In this document: piece after piece, positions 43,950-53,203 of the stretch | Layout: each line of letters starts with the position of its first letter | Numbering within the stretch: position 1 is the stretch's first letter | DNA from: a virus | Taxonomy: Duplodnaviria; Caudoviricetes | Strand: one strand, 5' to 3' | Virus record (IMG/VR): IMGVR_UViG_2811995040_000001 | Location: 13,275 to 77,274 of that record | Length of the DNA: 64,000 nt | Translations under genes and position numbers: made by a program | The notes under the pieces: generated by a model | Database searches by the model: none | Told to the model about the DNA's origin: nothing | The model's input: only the letters and a program-made list of their open reading frames with translations

Positions 43950-44255
43950 TTATGTACGGAAAGGTTCTTTAAGAACTACAGGTTTCTCTCCTGCATCCTG
44001 GCACCAGTTGTTAAACTCTGTAACAGCTGACATAAGATCACTATCAGCAATGGCAATTCTCTCCGATAATGTATTAATCAGATTTATATCAAAGATAACT
44101 ATCACTGGTGGAGTAGCATTCGAGTTACCTTTGCTTAATCTAGATACTTCAGCGCGTAACTCTTGGATGTACTTGTTGCGGTCTATATCAAGTCGTCTGA
44201 TACTTTCGCCAAGTACTTTGCAACGCCCAATTGCCTCATAATTTAATTCAGCCAT
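43950..44255 (-). CDS. Hypothetical protein (moron)
   Basis: 101-aa ORF with RBS and downstream terminator. Confidence 0.55.
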   Translation of the reverse strand: MAELNYEAIGRCKVLGESIRRLDIDRNKYIQELRAEVSRLSKGNSNATPPVIVIFDINLINTLSERIAIADSDLMSAVTEFNNWCQDAGEKPVVLKEPFRT

Positions 44256-44343
44256 TTACACCTCGTGTTGCCATAATTCAGAAATTAAGTGTTAAATTAT
44301 GACGGATAGTTAATGTAAATATCACCATGGAATTTAACTAAAT

Positions 44344-44754
44344 TTAAACACTCAAACCAAATTTCTTTTTTGCATATCCTTTCAATAATTCAACACCAAC
44401 ATCTTTTATTACTGAAATAGGTTCATTACTAAGATTCTTCAAGCGCTCAAAAACATCGTCCTTATCTAGAGACAATGCAAATTCCATACCATCAGTCGTT
44501 AATCTAAGCTTTGAATTTGTATAATCAAAGTCTCCACTCCTGGTGACAAACAAACCGATGGACTCAGGGGTTCCAGTTTCATTTTTCAAATTACTTATAT
44601 AGCCCTGTTCTGCAAGCAGCAGTGCATGAAATGCCCCCTCTCCGGTAGTAATGTCATAACCCGATTCAATTAATTCAGATATGGTTAAAAAGTGCTGATT
44701 GGATTCTAAAAAAAGTCCAGTTAGGCCCTTAAGGTAATCAATATTTATTCTCAT
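44344..44754 (-). CDS. DUF2513-like hypothetical protein (AT-rich moron)
   Basis: MRINIDYLK..L; H..LL...G.I; RLT.DG.EF. Confidence 0.55.
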   Translation of the reverse strand: MRINIDYLKGLTGLFLESNQHFLTISELIESGYDITTGEGAFHALLLAEQGYISNLKNETGTPESIGLFVTRSGDFDYTNSKLRLTTDGMEFALSLDKDDVFERLKNLSNEPISVIKDVGVELLKGYAKKKFGLSV

Positions 44755-44828
44755 AATGAAATTCTCGTAGTAATGAATTCTTCATTATATCAATTAACAC
44801 CCTACCAAAATAGTAATGTTAACAAAAA

Positions 44829-45125
44829 TCAATATGACTTTCCCCGACTCAACATATTTTTTTCTTCTCTTAAAGAGCCATGTATCCATTCGCACGTTAT
44901 CCTGGCGGTGTAACGTTCGTCAGCGATTGCAGCATATCGTTTAGCTTCTGCTGCAATATCTCCGAGCATGTCGGCAAGCATTCCGGCGGTGGCGTCGGCT
45001 GTTTTGCTTCTGACGGCAGCGGCAAGATTTGCGGTGTGCTTTGCGGCGTCCAGGCGGGTGGCAAGTTTTTCTGCTTCGGCACGCAGCTGGCTAACAGTGA
45101 CAGACAGGCCAGCAGTACTGTCGTA
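44829..45125 (-). pseudogene. 3' remnant of a second Rz/Rz1 spanin pair
   Basis: MLADMLG..A.EA..YA.IADERY.A..TCE; embedded lipobox LLASC in another frame. Confidence 0.65.
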
Positions 45126-45153
45126 ATGCACAAACTGGATTAACCGGCTGTAA

Positions 45154-45684
45154 TCACACCATGCCGGGTAAATACATTTGCACTTCATTCACTACTCGCT
45201 CACGAGCAACGTGAAGCAATCTTTTCCGCCCACCAACGCCCCACTTAGCCATTTGACTTGCGCACTGGCTTATCGCTTTGGTTTCCGTGTTGATGATGTG
45301 GTCAATTTTGTTCAGGCGAGACATAGCACCAACGCCGAGACGGACAACCGTTTTGAAAACTTCATAAACTTCGATTTCAAATTCCGGCTTAATCCATGCT
45401 GCATATCTGATTGCCAGTAGTTCAACACCCCACACACCAGAATCAACCCCACCCTTTATTACTTTAAGTGGTTGAATCTCTTTCAAAGCTCTTTTTTGAG
45501 CTTTGGCTTTTAGTGCTGAAATGAACCGTTTAATCTGTGCACTCCTCAGAAAATTACTGGGACGTTGAGATTCAGTTGCCTCGCCATTTGCAACTGCTGC
45601 TGCATGGAGATCGTTTAAGTTGTAGCGTCCCCCCTCATCAACACGAACGGACACACCATTGACAATAACTGTTTGATAATTCAT
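45154..45684 (-). CDS. KilA-N domain protein
   Basis: [17 protein letters not shown] and [12 protein letters not shown]. Confidence 0.9.
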   Translation of the reverse strand: MNYQTVIVNGVSVRVDEGGRYNLNDLHAAAVANGEATESQRPSNFLRSAQIKRFISALKAKAQKRALKEIQPLKVIKGGVDSGVWGVELLAIRYAAWIKPEFEIEVYEVFKTVVRLGVGAMSRLNKIDHIINTETKAISQCASQMAKWGVGGRKRLLHVARERVVNEVQMYLPGMV

Positions 45685-45892
45685 CAGTGATTACCTTTTA
45701 GTGATGAACCTTGTCACACAGGATTCCGGCCCACAGAAAGGCACCGATTACCAAACCGGCATCCTCAAGGGTCATCCTGAAAGGTTCTGTGTTCAGAAGT
45801 CGCGCGTGTGAAGCGCGTTTACTGCAGACGTAAAAATGCCCCGCTAGTGCGAGGCATTTTCCTGAAAGTCACTTGTCAAAATCTCTATTCAT

Positions 45893-45927
45893 CAGAATGC
45901 CTCCGGGAAACCTCGGCCAGCAGTCAC
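45893..45927 (+). mobile_element. 35-bp IS605 scar
   Basis: TCAT|CAGAATGCCTCC-GGGAAACCTCGGCCAGCAGTCAC. Confidence 0.65.
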
Positions 45928-45933
45928 CAGGTT

Positions 45934-46476
45934 TCACTTCTGCCCGGTCACTTTGTCCCAGGTACGTTCGCATGTGCTTCCGGCGACATAACGCTCATCA
46001 GCCTCTTTTGCGAACTTTCCCGCCAGATCGTCAGCTTCTCCAAGCAACTGGGCGAGCAGTATTCCGGTCTCGGCTTTTGCCTGGCTTGCTGCGGCAAGAA
46101 CGGAAAGCCTGCCGGTTTCACTTCCTGCAAGTTGCCGTTGTACTGCTGCGAGCTGCTGTTGCAGCCCACCGCGAGCACGCTCAGCAGCATCAGCGTTGGC
46201 CTGTATTTTTGCCAGTTCTTCATCGGCTCTTTTCCGTTCTTCATCTGCGGCGTGCTGGCGACGCTGTTCTTTCGCTCGTTCGGTTACTTCACGCTGCAAT
46301 GCAGCGGTCGCATCGGTAAGGTCTCGTTGCGCCCACTGGTATTTCCAGGATGTATCCGCCTTCTGATAACCTCGTGAATAACACCAGTACGCACCAGCAC
46401 ATAACAAAAAAGCCACCAGCAGTATTTCTGCTAATGGCTTCCAGAATTTTTTAAGCAATACAGGTAACAGATTCAT
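45934..46476 (-). CDS. Rz-like i-spanin (DUF2514-like) with embedded Rz1-like o-spanin
   Basis: N-terminal TM, coiled coil, ADERYVAGSTCE; embedded ORF 45948-46244 has lipobox LAVGC. Confidence 0.8.
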   Translation of the reverse strand: MNLLPVLLKKFWKPLAEILLVAFLLCAGAYWCYSRGYQKADTSWKYQWAQRDLTDATAALQREVTERAKEQRRQHAADEERKRADEELAKIQANADAAERARGGLQQQLAAVQRQLAGSETGRLSVLAAASQAKAETGILLAQLLGEADDLAGKFAKEADERYVAGSTCERTWDKVTGQK

Positions 46477-47087
46477 ACCAGCACCGATTTTGCTTTTTCA
46501 AAGCGCTCTCGCCTGTCACCGATGCCGTTCTGCCCTCCGTTAATGATCTGCGTAACGCGTACCAGGTCGCCGGAGTATTTCAGACACCCTCTAGTCACAA
46601 AAAACCACGCTGCGGAACGGGCGGCATGACGATCCAGCTCAAGCTGTCCCGGATTCGCCACCAGATCCAGTTTCAGGGCAACGCCACATCTGGTGTAATT
46701 CTCCAGCCCGGTAATCTGGATAAGCCCACGCCCGCGATACTTCCAGCCATCTCCGGTGTCTTTGTTCCCCATGCGACCACCGTAAACCAGATTGGCTATT
46801 TGTGGCTGGTGGGCAACCTGGCGACCATCAATACGCCCCAGCATTTCGCACTGATAAGGCGTAAGGCGTTTACCAAACGTCTTTTTCAGCGCCTCCACCG
46901 AATAATTGAAGCTTTCCTTCAGAACAGTAAATCCTGCTGATTCATGTCCTGTTTGTGCAATAAACATGGCCTGATCCAGTGGCGCAGTAATACCGAATTC
47001 GCTCATTGCCGCCGTAATATGCGGATACCAGCGCGCAGAAAGCCCGGCGCTGATACCAGCCGCCTGCTGAAATTGTTGTTGATCCAT
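46473..47087 (-). CDS. GH19 endolysin
   Basis: FIAQTGHES, YRGRGLIQITG..NY and INGG.NG. Confidence 0.92.
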   Translation of the reverse strand: MDQQQFQQAAGISAGLSARWYPHITAAMSEFGITAPLDQAMFIAQTGHESAGFTVLKESFNYSVEALKKTFGKRLTPYQCEMLGRIDGRQVAHQPQIANLVYGGRMGNKDTGDGWKYRGRGLIQITGLENYTRCGVALKLDLVANPGQLELDRHAARSAAWFFVTRGCLKYSGDLVRVTQIINGGQNGIGDRRERFEKAKSVLV

Positions 47088-47368
47088 CAGTGCCTCAGTG
47101 CATCGACCAAACGCGCCACATTACCGCGAGCCCACAGCACAGCGGCGCAGATAAGGATATTCACCATCACCACCAGCCAGTGGGATGATTCATATAAACC
47201 AAAAATAAACCGGAAAGGGACGCTGGCATATACCAGCACTATGACATAGGCCAGTAACGAAATCAGGGGGCGGTGTGTCGCATCACCGCGTCGGTAAAAC
47301 ATCAGAACGATGACTATTATCCCACAAATTACGGCATTCAGAACTGCAGAAGGGTCATTTGCTACCAT
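47087..47368 (-). CDS. Holin-family protein
   Basis: Three TM segments; ARGNVARL. Confidence 0.8.
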   Translation of the reverse strand: MVANDPSAVLNAVICGIIVIVLMFYRRGDATHRPLISLLAYVIVLVYASVPFRFIFGLYESSHWLVVMVNILICAAVLWARGNVARLVDALRH

Positions 47369-47744
47369 TTGATCCCCCTCCCCTGATACGAGAAAGAATA
47401 CTGAACAGGCTGTTCAGATCCTGACTGTTAAGAAAAGTGAGAAACTTTATACACATTGCAGAAATAATCACTGCGCCAAGAGCATCCAGTGGTTTTTCAT
47501 AATGCGTTATTGCCGCAAGCTTAGCACCTATCAGCCCGGCGCCAAGTACTCCCACAATAAATGATGTAATAAAATAAGCGACCAGCCTGATGCGTCCAAT
47601 GTTGGTTGCCGTGGCGACATAAAATACCGCGCCGGCAAAAGCGCCGAATACCACACCATAATCGGTTCCGGTTGCCAGGCCGAATACACTGGCCCCCATT
47701 ACTCCACCAGCCAACACTGTCGCACTGGATACAGGTTCGGACAT
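47355..47744 (-). CDS. Putative holin
   Basis: MSEPVS..DYGVVFGAFAGAVFYV; multiple TM segments. Confidence 0.8.
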   Translation of the reverse strand: MSEPVSSATVLAGGVMGASVFGLATGTDYGVVFGAFAGAVFYVATATNIGRIRLVAYFITSFIVGVLGAGLIGAKLAAITHYEKPLDALGAVIISAMCIKFLTFLNSQDLNSLFSILSRIRGGGSNGSK

Positions 47745-47819
47745 TCATCCCCCTCTTAATTGCTGTGAGTCCTCTCAGAATTGAGGGGAAATAGGATCAG
47801 GCTTCACGGGCTGATTTAT

Positions 47820-47865
47820 CCGAGAGCGCCGTAAAACCCCGTCCTTCAGGGCGGGGAGCAGTCAC
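47820..47865 (+). mobile_element. 46-bp chimeric IS605 micro-element (family-2 left end plus family-1 right end)
   Basis: TTAT|CCGAGAGCGCCGTAAAACCCCGTCCTT is identical to 9990-10020 minus strand; continues CAGGGCGGGGAGCAGTCAC. Confidence 0.75.
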
Positions 47866-48608
47866 TTCAATAATTCCGTTAAAACTCCCCGCGCGTCGTA
47901 AAACTCCATTTCATAGTAATTATAATTACTACGTGCCTCATCCCTGCGCACTCCTCTCATTGAAAAACAAGCACTGATTAAAGTACCAAATGCACTAATC
48001 CTTTCCCGGGTACTGACCTGTGGTACTGGTAAGTTGGGTATTACCCCAGGATTTGATTGTGTACTCACTCGTAAATAACGGGAATTTGATGTTCCAGGCC
48101 CGTCTCTTACCTGACTTGTATTTCTGTCGTAAACAAGCTCAACTGCTTCCTGGATATTTTCAATTGGGATAGAATTTACGGCTACATACTCACTTTGCAA
48201 CCGCATCATCACTCGCTCAAAATGATTAAACTGGACACCACGTGACTCAATATAAGCGACAGACGGCGGAAGACTGTAGAAACTATTGTCTGCACGGATT
48301 CTGTATCTGTACAATCTGCCACTAAATGTTGCCCTAGAATAATATACTCGGGCTATATTATAAGTCTCATTAATATCTGAGGTAGTCGCAATATAGTTAC
48401 TGTCCCGACTACCGGCGGCACAGGAGTCACCTCTGATATGTTGCTGAAGATTTCTGTTATTACCGTGAGAACTAAATCCATCCCGAAAAATAACATCCGG
48501 AGGTCTCGAGTCCACACGATAAACAAAATCGACAGCAGATGAAAAAGGGCTATACGCAAACATAAGGTATACCCCCAGCCTTAAGAAACGAGAATAACCT
48601 GTCATCAT
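47862..48608 (-). CDS. artA: Pertussis-like ADP-ribosyltransferase A subunit (ArtA)
   Basis: VDFVYRVDSRPPDVIFRDGF, ATTS and catalytic QSEY; signal peptide. Confidence 0.88.
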   Translation of the reverse strand: MMTGYSRFLRLGVYLMFAYSPFSSAVDFVYRVDSRPPDVIFRDGFSSHGNNRNLQQHIRGDSCAAGSRDSNYIATTSDINETYNIARVYYSRATFSGRLYRYRIRADNSFYSLPPSVAYIESRGVQFNHFERVMMRLQSEYVAVNSIPIENIQEAVELVYDRNTSQVRDGPGTSNSRYLRVSTQSNPGVIPNLPVPQVSTRERISAFGTLISACFSMRGVRRDEARSNYNYYEMEFYDARGVLTELLK

Positions 48609-48633
48609 ATTTCCTTATGGTATATTATAAAAA

Positions 48634-49059
48634 TTATTTAATTATCTCTCCAAAACACCACTGATTACAGGTCCCGATAGCCACGATTTCATTTTGTGAC
48701 ACGCTTGAATCAAAGTGCGAAAATGCATTTATTCTTATATAAACAGATATTTTCTCACCTGTTGTATAAAAATATTTTACAGTATCAAAAATTTCCATGA
48801 AAGGTGATGTCTGTCCTGCATTCTTCTGATAATAGCCATTATCAGCCACCGCGCACCCAGTAACATTTGAACCACCTGATGATGCAGTGAAATATGCACA
48901 AATCCTTGGTGAGTGTAAATAAGGAGCATAAAAAACATTCGTAATTTTAACATTCTCATATTTCGTAGTGTCTTTCAGATACCAGTTATTAACCGTTGCA
49001 TAGACATTACTCGCCCCGGCCAGCATTACCAATGAAAAAGCAAAAAAAATCTTCTTCAT
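48634..49059 (-). CDS. Pertussis-like AB5 toxin B subunit (ArtB/PltB family, divergent)
   Basis: Signal peptide; F....DTVKYFYTTGEKI.VY and C-terminal Cys pair; adjacent to the A subunit. Confidence 0.8.
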   Translation of the reverse strand: MKKIFFAFSLVMLAGASNVYATVNNWYLKDTTKYENVKITNVFYAPYLHSPRICAYFTASSGGSNVTGCAVADNGYYQKNAGQTSPFMEIFDTVKYFYTTGEKISVYIRINAFSHFDSSVSQNEIVAIGTCNQWCFGEIIK

Positions 49060-49137
49060 AATATTCAACCTCGCATTTAAATTAAGCAAAAGAAATAAAA
49101 CGAACATTGCTACATTCTTTTCAATACGTGAGTACTT

Positions 49138-49175
49138 TTGACTGCTCCCCGCCCTGAATGACGGGGAGCAGTCAA
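49138..49175. repeat. 38-bp palindrome of two IS605 right ends
   Basis: TTGACTGCTCCCCG-CCCTGAATGA-CGGGGAGCAGTCAA. Confidence 0.8.
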
Positions 49176-49277
49176 AACCTCTCCTTCGATAGCTCGAATG
49201 GCTCAGTGTGAAGCAGGAAGGCCACCCGGTGGATTAATGACAAAACTCAGTGGAATTATTCCGGACGGCACAAACAG

Positions 49278-49384
49278 AAAAGCCCCGCACGATGGCGAGG
49301 CTTGAATTTTTTGGTCGACGATTGAAGCTATAGCAACAATATCAGATTTACACGAAATATAGCCGTTTTAATCCAGTTTTGCAA
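49278..49384 (-). promoter_or_regulatory. Late promoter pR' with downstream terminator
   Basis: Minus strand TTGCAA-17 bp-TATATT (49384-49356); hairpin plus T-run at 49278-49303; lies downstream of Q. Confidence 0.65.
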
Positions 49385-49424
49385 TCACCATGTCGCGAGC
49401 GTTTCAACCAGCCGGTCACACTTA

Positions 49425-49613
49425 CTAAGCTGGTGATTGCAACGGCCCAGACAGTACTTCTGCTTCGCCGTTATGGCAGATATCATCACCTCTGGTCAGA
49501 TGCCAGACACCGACAATAAGCTGTCCTGATTCCAGATCGTCAACTGTGTCATTCGTATAGTATGCCACCTGCACAACACCGTTATGCTGAATCCAGTAAT
49601 ATCCTTCTTTCAT
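49425..49613 (-). CDS. Small hypothetical phage protein
   Basis: 62 aa, GAGGAGGTG RBS. Confidence 0.65.
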   Translation of the reverse strand: MKEGYYWIQHNGVVQVAYYTNDTVDDLESGQLIVGVWHLTRGDDICHNGEAEVLSGPLQSPA

Positions 49614-49780
49614 TCACACCTCCTCAAGACGAAGTAAAGAGTATAAGGCGAAGCAGAAAATGCCGCGGTGCAAGAAGCCACAATTCAAAGCCTGTTGAAT
49701 AGAAAAGTCCGCGAATGAGAGCCCCCTAAAACGCAAAAGCCCCGCACGTTGGCGAGGCTTGAATTAATCCAGTTTTGCAG

Positions 49781-50344
49781 TCACCATGTCGCGAGCGTTT
49801 CAACCAGCCGGTCACGCTTAATCACTATCCACCCCATCTGGCGAAGATCACTTAATATGCTCGATATTTTGCCGACAAATACGTCGTCAGGCAAAGGTTG
49901 GGTTTCAGCAGTTCCGTCAGGGAACACCGTTACAATGAAACGCCGTTCTTTCGGAAATGGAATCGCGGGATGGGACTGACGTGCTGGAACAGGTTGTTTC
50001 TGGGTGAAATAGCAATCCTCCAGTTTCTCGAACACCTCCCATGCCTGATCGGTTGCGAGCATCTTGGCGTGGCGGGCTGCGCCGCGTCCTGTCCAGAGAA
50101 TGAGGGAGCGGGTTTTGGGTGAAATTTGTAAACCTCTTTGAGAGGTTCGCAAATCATCAAGCTCACTACCACTTACTTTAAAGAAGTGTTTTCCTGCAAT
50201 AAAACGACATTCGTTACGTTTGAAGTTTTGTCGTATATGCTTTTCTTCCGTTTCGTATAGTTTTGCCAATAACTCAATTGTTATTACAGGGATATTAGAG
50301 TAAGTAACAATGACAAGGGATTCTACGGCGAGTTGAATGGTCAT
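49781..50344 (-). CDS. ORF6N-domain (antirepressor-like) protein preceded by an ash-like leader remnant
   Basis: PVIT.ELLA.LY.T....I..NF.RN..RF..GKH.F and LWT.RGAARHAKML.TD.AW.VFE.LED.YF; upstream AGYANPARLTT. Confidence 0.8.
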   Translation of the reverse strand: MTIQLAVESLVIVTYSNIPVITIELLAKLYETEEKHIRQNFKRNECRFIAGKHFFKVSGSELDDLRTSQRGLQISPKTRSLILWTGRGAARHAKMLATDQAWEVFEKLEDCYFTQKQPVPARQSHPAIPFPKERRFIVTVFPDGTAETQPLPDDVFVGKISSILSDLRQMGWIVIKRDRLVETLATW

Positions 50345-50611
50345 GTGATTCACCTTTACAGTTTGGTTAATCACCACCGCCGACGCCAATCGGATTGGGT
50401 GGTGAGACGTGCAGGGTTGGCGTAACCGGCTGTAAAGACCCGGCGCGGATTTCTCCGCCCCCACACGCCCCACCAATATGCGAGTGTGGCCGTGCTTAAC
50501 GCATAAAAAAACCGCTTAACGCGGTCATGCGCTTTACAGAATCCGGGACGCCAATCCCGACGCCAGATTTTGCTGGCGTTCCGGGAATATAGCCCCGAAT
50601 GCCTGTTTGTG

Positions 50612-51283
50612 TCAATTAAGTGCGTATTGATTGAATGCAACCTGCTCCGATCGCGTCTTCGATACACTCAAAAGAGACGCCAGATCAAGACGCAGAAATA
50701 CCGCGCGCATGGTCAGCCAGTGTCTGGTGAAAGTTTCTGACCAGTTCTTTTCGCTAACGCCTACCAGTCCCGCTAACTCTTTATATTGATAAACCTCACG
50801 CCCGGCTAATTCAGATTTGACATCCTGTGCCGCCAGCCAGATTAACGCCCGGAGTCGTTCCTGTGTTTTACCGGCCATCTTCTTTCCGTCGAGTTGCGCC
50901 GCAAACGCACTCCAGCCCCAGCGGGTTATATCAACCTGATGCTCCCAGCAAGTGTTTTCACTGTAGTTCCACAGCAGCCAGGCCTTGTAGTGTTCATCAA
51001 GTGACAAAAGCGCCCGACGCCATGAGGAAGTGGCGTATTCTACCGGCTGCACAAGCGGAATTGCGCTTCCTTTCGCCAGTGATTGCTTACCCGGAATCGG
51101 AGGGTTATTCAGCGTTATTATTTTCCCGGTCACTTCATCACGGATGCGCTGTTTTTTTCGGGGATAGGTTTTCGTGTCAAATTGTGCGTTCTCCAGCCAG
51201 GCCATAAGCTGCCCTTTTGTTGCACCGCTTAGATCTGCCGTCGCCGTGATCAGTTGCTGGCGTATCCAGGATAAATTTTTCAC
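50612..51283 (-). CDS. Late-gene antiterminator Q
   Basis: Upstream of pR' and lysis genes; C-terminal HTH ELAGLVGVSEKNWSET. Confidence 0.8.
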   Translation of the reverse strand: MKNLSWIRQQLITATADLSGATKGQLMAWLENAQFDTKTYPRKKQRIRDEVTGKIITLNNPPIPGKQSLAKGSAIPLVQPVEYATSSWRRALLSLDEHYKAWLLWNYSENTCWEHQVDITRWGWSAFAAQLDGKKMAGKTQERLRALIWLAAQDVKSELAGREVYQYKELAGLVGVSEKNWSETFTRHWLTMRAVFLRLDLASLLSVSKTRSEQVAFNQYALN

Positions 51284-51372
51284 TTATTTTCCCCTGCATT
51301 TTGGTGAATACGAATGTAATTGCGAAGGCATAACCAGTGCTACCGAAGGGACTCAATAACTTCAGGCTTCAT

Positions 51373-51419
51373 CAGAATGCCTCCGGGAAACCCCAGCCTT
51401 CAGGCCGGGGAGCAGTCAA
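51373..51419 (+). mobile_element. 47-bp IS605-derived micro-element
   Basis: TCAT|CAGAATGCCTCC-GGGAAACCCCAGCCTTCAGGCCGGGGAGCAGTCAA. Confidence 0.8.
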
Positions 51420-51466
51420 ACTGGCACCACCAGCAAGCCACTTTTTACTGCGATAAATAGCCATGC

Positions 51467-51676
51467 TCACCCCCAGACCTTTTGGCGGTAAGTTCTCGGC
51501 GTCCGCGCCGGATGTGAGCATTCAGGTAATTTCGCGCTGACAGTCCAGGTAATGAAGTCAGGGTTCAGGCTCTTTTCTGTCCTTACGCCCCGCTTCTGAT
51601 AATCCGATATCAGCGTGTCGGCCTGCTCGGTTGTGCAATCAGAGTGGTGGAACCAGGGGTATTTCATCGCCATCAC
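51467..51676 (-). CDS. nin-region hypothetical protein
   Basis: WFHH.DCTTEQAD.L...YQ.RGV..EKSLN.D. Confidence 0.7.
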   Translation of the reverse strand: MMAMKYPWFHHSDCTTEQADTLISDYQKRGVRTEKSLNPDFITWTVSAKLPECSHPARTPRTYRQKVWG

Positions 51677-52275
51677 CCCATAAAGCTCATTAGCTGGGCG
51701 GCAGCGTTCTCGGCCTCGCGCTGGGTACGGAATGTACGTGATAAAATCCAGCGCCAGAGAACATTAAGCGCGGATTTATACAACTGCTGAAATTCGACCT
51801 CATCCATGCTGGAAAAAGCGATGCTGCGGGGATGTTTGCGAAGGGTGCCGTCCGGTAACTGGATGGCGTCATAGTGACCAGCCTCAACCGTCACCCATGC
51901 GCGGTATGCATCGAAAGATTTACAGAGGCTAATTCCGTTTGTTACCCGGCGGTTTGCAATCTGTTCCAGATACTGTTCAGCCGCATCCAGTAATGCGCTC
52001 TCATTCCCGCCATATGCAGCGAGAAACTTTGCATAACCGTTTACCAGTTTGCGCTCATTGGCAGAAATGGCACCGCCGGTGGGTTCCCAGTATTCAAACC
52101 CAAGATTAAGCAACGCGAAAAAGCGGCGATGGAATGCAGGATTCCTCACCTGACGGAACTCAGCCACCAGCACGGCGCCGAGTTTGATTTTTGATTGCAG
52201 AATGTCACTGGTCTCCGGCGTTGCGGGGATCAGAATTCCAGATGACTGCTTGATGAGTTGTAATTCGTGCGCCAT
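51673..52275 (-). CDS. DUF1367-family protein
   Basis: RNPAFHRRFFALLNLGF.YWEP; SIAF.SMD..EF. Confidence 0.85.
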   Translation of the reverse strand: MAHELQLIKQSSGILIPATPETSDILQSKIKLGAVLVAEFRQVRNPAFHRRFFALLNLGFEYWEPTGGAISANERKLVNGYAKFLAAYGGNESALLDAAEQYLEQIANRRVTNGISLCKSFDAYRAWVTVEAGHYDAIQLPDGTLRKHPRSIAFSSMDEVEFQQLYKSALNVLWRWILSRTFRTQREAENAAAQLMSFMG

Positions 52276-52309
52276 GGTGTTCTCCGTGGCGCAGAAGGTT
52301 AACGGTTGT

Positions 52310-52558
52310 TCAGGCCGTTGATTTCATATTATCAGAAGGTGGTGTTACCCGGTAGCCGAGACGGCGAATAAAATGCACAAAACCGTTGGGAGTAAAAACT
52401 TCTTCTTCATCCAGCAAAGGACGCATAGATACCATGCCATTTACACGATAGATAAGATGCCTGCCTGATGATGGAAAGCTAAACACCACGCAGCCATCAG
52501 ATCTTCTTACAATGTCATACCAGCTATCTTCTGACTTTTGCAAAGCTGAATTGCTCAA
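52310..52558 (-). CDS. Probable Gifsy-type antirepressor
   Basis: Directly downstream of the LexA-controlled dinI homologue, as in Gifsy phages; the repressor has no peptidase domain. Confidence 0.55.
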   Translation of the reverse strand: MSNSALQKSEDSWYDIVRRSDGCVVFSFPSSGRHLIYRVNGMVSMRPLLDEEEVFTPNGFVHFIRRLGYRVTPPSDNMKSTA

Positions 52559-52674
52559 TTTTTGTTCTCCCTTCAGGTGATGTACAGACGCGGTTAAAAA
52601 TTGTCGGCAGCAGCATCAAAGGGATACGCAAATTGCGGTATTCTGAAAAATGCGCGCCAGCATTAAGCGCAATG

Positions 52675-52908
52675 TTAATAAAACCAGTCGTCAGCGCTTT
52701 CCCACGTTTCCTGCAGAATGCTCTGTATACGTTTTTTATCGCCATCAGCGGCGCCGATGATACTCAGACCATCCTGACTGCCTCGACGGATGGTTAAGTT
52801 GCAGTTTTCATACTGATTCTGGAGACGGGTAATTAATTCTTTTTCAAGTGCAGGAACGGCACCTTCCGGAAGCTGTTTTGTCCGGCTGATAACAAGCTCA
52901 ATTCTCAT
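52675..52908 (-). CDS. DinI-family protein
   Basis: MRIEL.I..TKQLP.GAVPALEKEL..RL..ILQETWESADDWF. Confidence 0.92.
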   Translation of the reverse strand: MRIELVISRTKQLPEGAVPALEKELITRLQNQYENCNLTIRRGSQDGLSIIGAADGDKKRIQSILQETWESADDWFY

Positions 52909-52927
52909 AATTCCCTCTACATTTAAC

Positions 52928-52947
52928 TACTGTATATAAACACAGTA
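52928..52947. promoter_or_regulatory. LexA (SOS) box
   Basis: taCTGtatataaacaCAGta, 20 bp upstream of dinI. Confidence 0.9.
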
Positions 52948-53039
52948 TACATGTTAGAAAGAATATTCAAGAGGTGAATAGCACTTTTTGCAAAAGCTAG
53001 CATGTTGTTTCATATCAGATTTTAAGCGGAAAAACCCGC

Positions 53040-53164
53040 CGCAGCGGGTTAAGTACGGGTGCGTTGAAGTACCTGTTACATCTGAGGTGGCGGGGATTTC
53101 TCGCTGCCGGGTCCCTTACTCCTCAGACTCGTAAGCCGTGAAGACAGCAGCCTTCGTCTGTCCG
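53040..53164 (-). pseudogene. hok/gef 3' remnant plus UTR (copy 3)
   Basis: GQTKAAVFTAYESEE*, stop at 53116-53118. Confidence 0.72.
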
Positions 53165-53203
53165 TACAAAGTTCATATTCATCTGATAATGTTTAATGAG
53201 ATA

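Noticed and set aside
24517-51419. Micro-elements as extra TnpB omega-RNA guides
   Set aside because: They keep at most ~35 nt of the right end, far less than a TnpB RNA scaffold.
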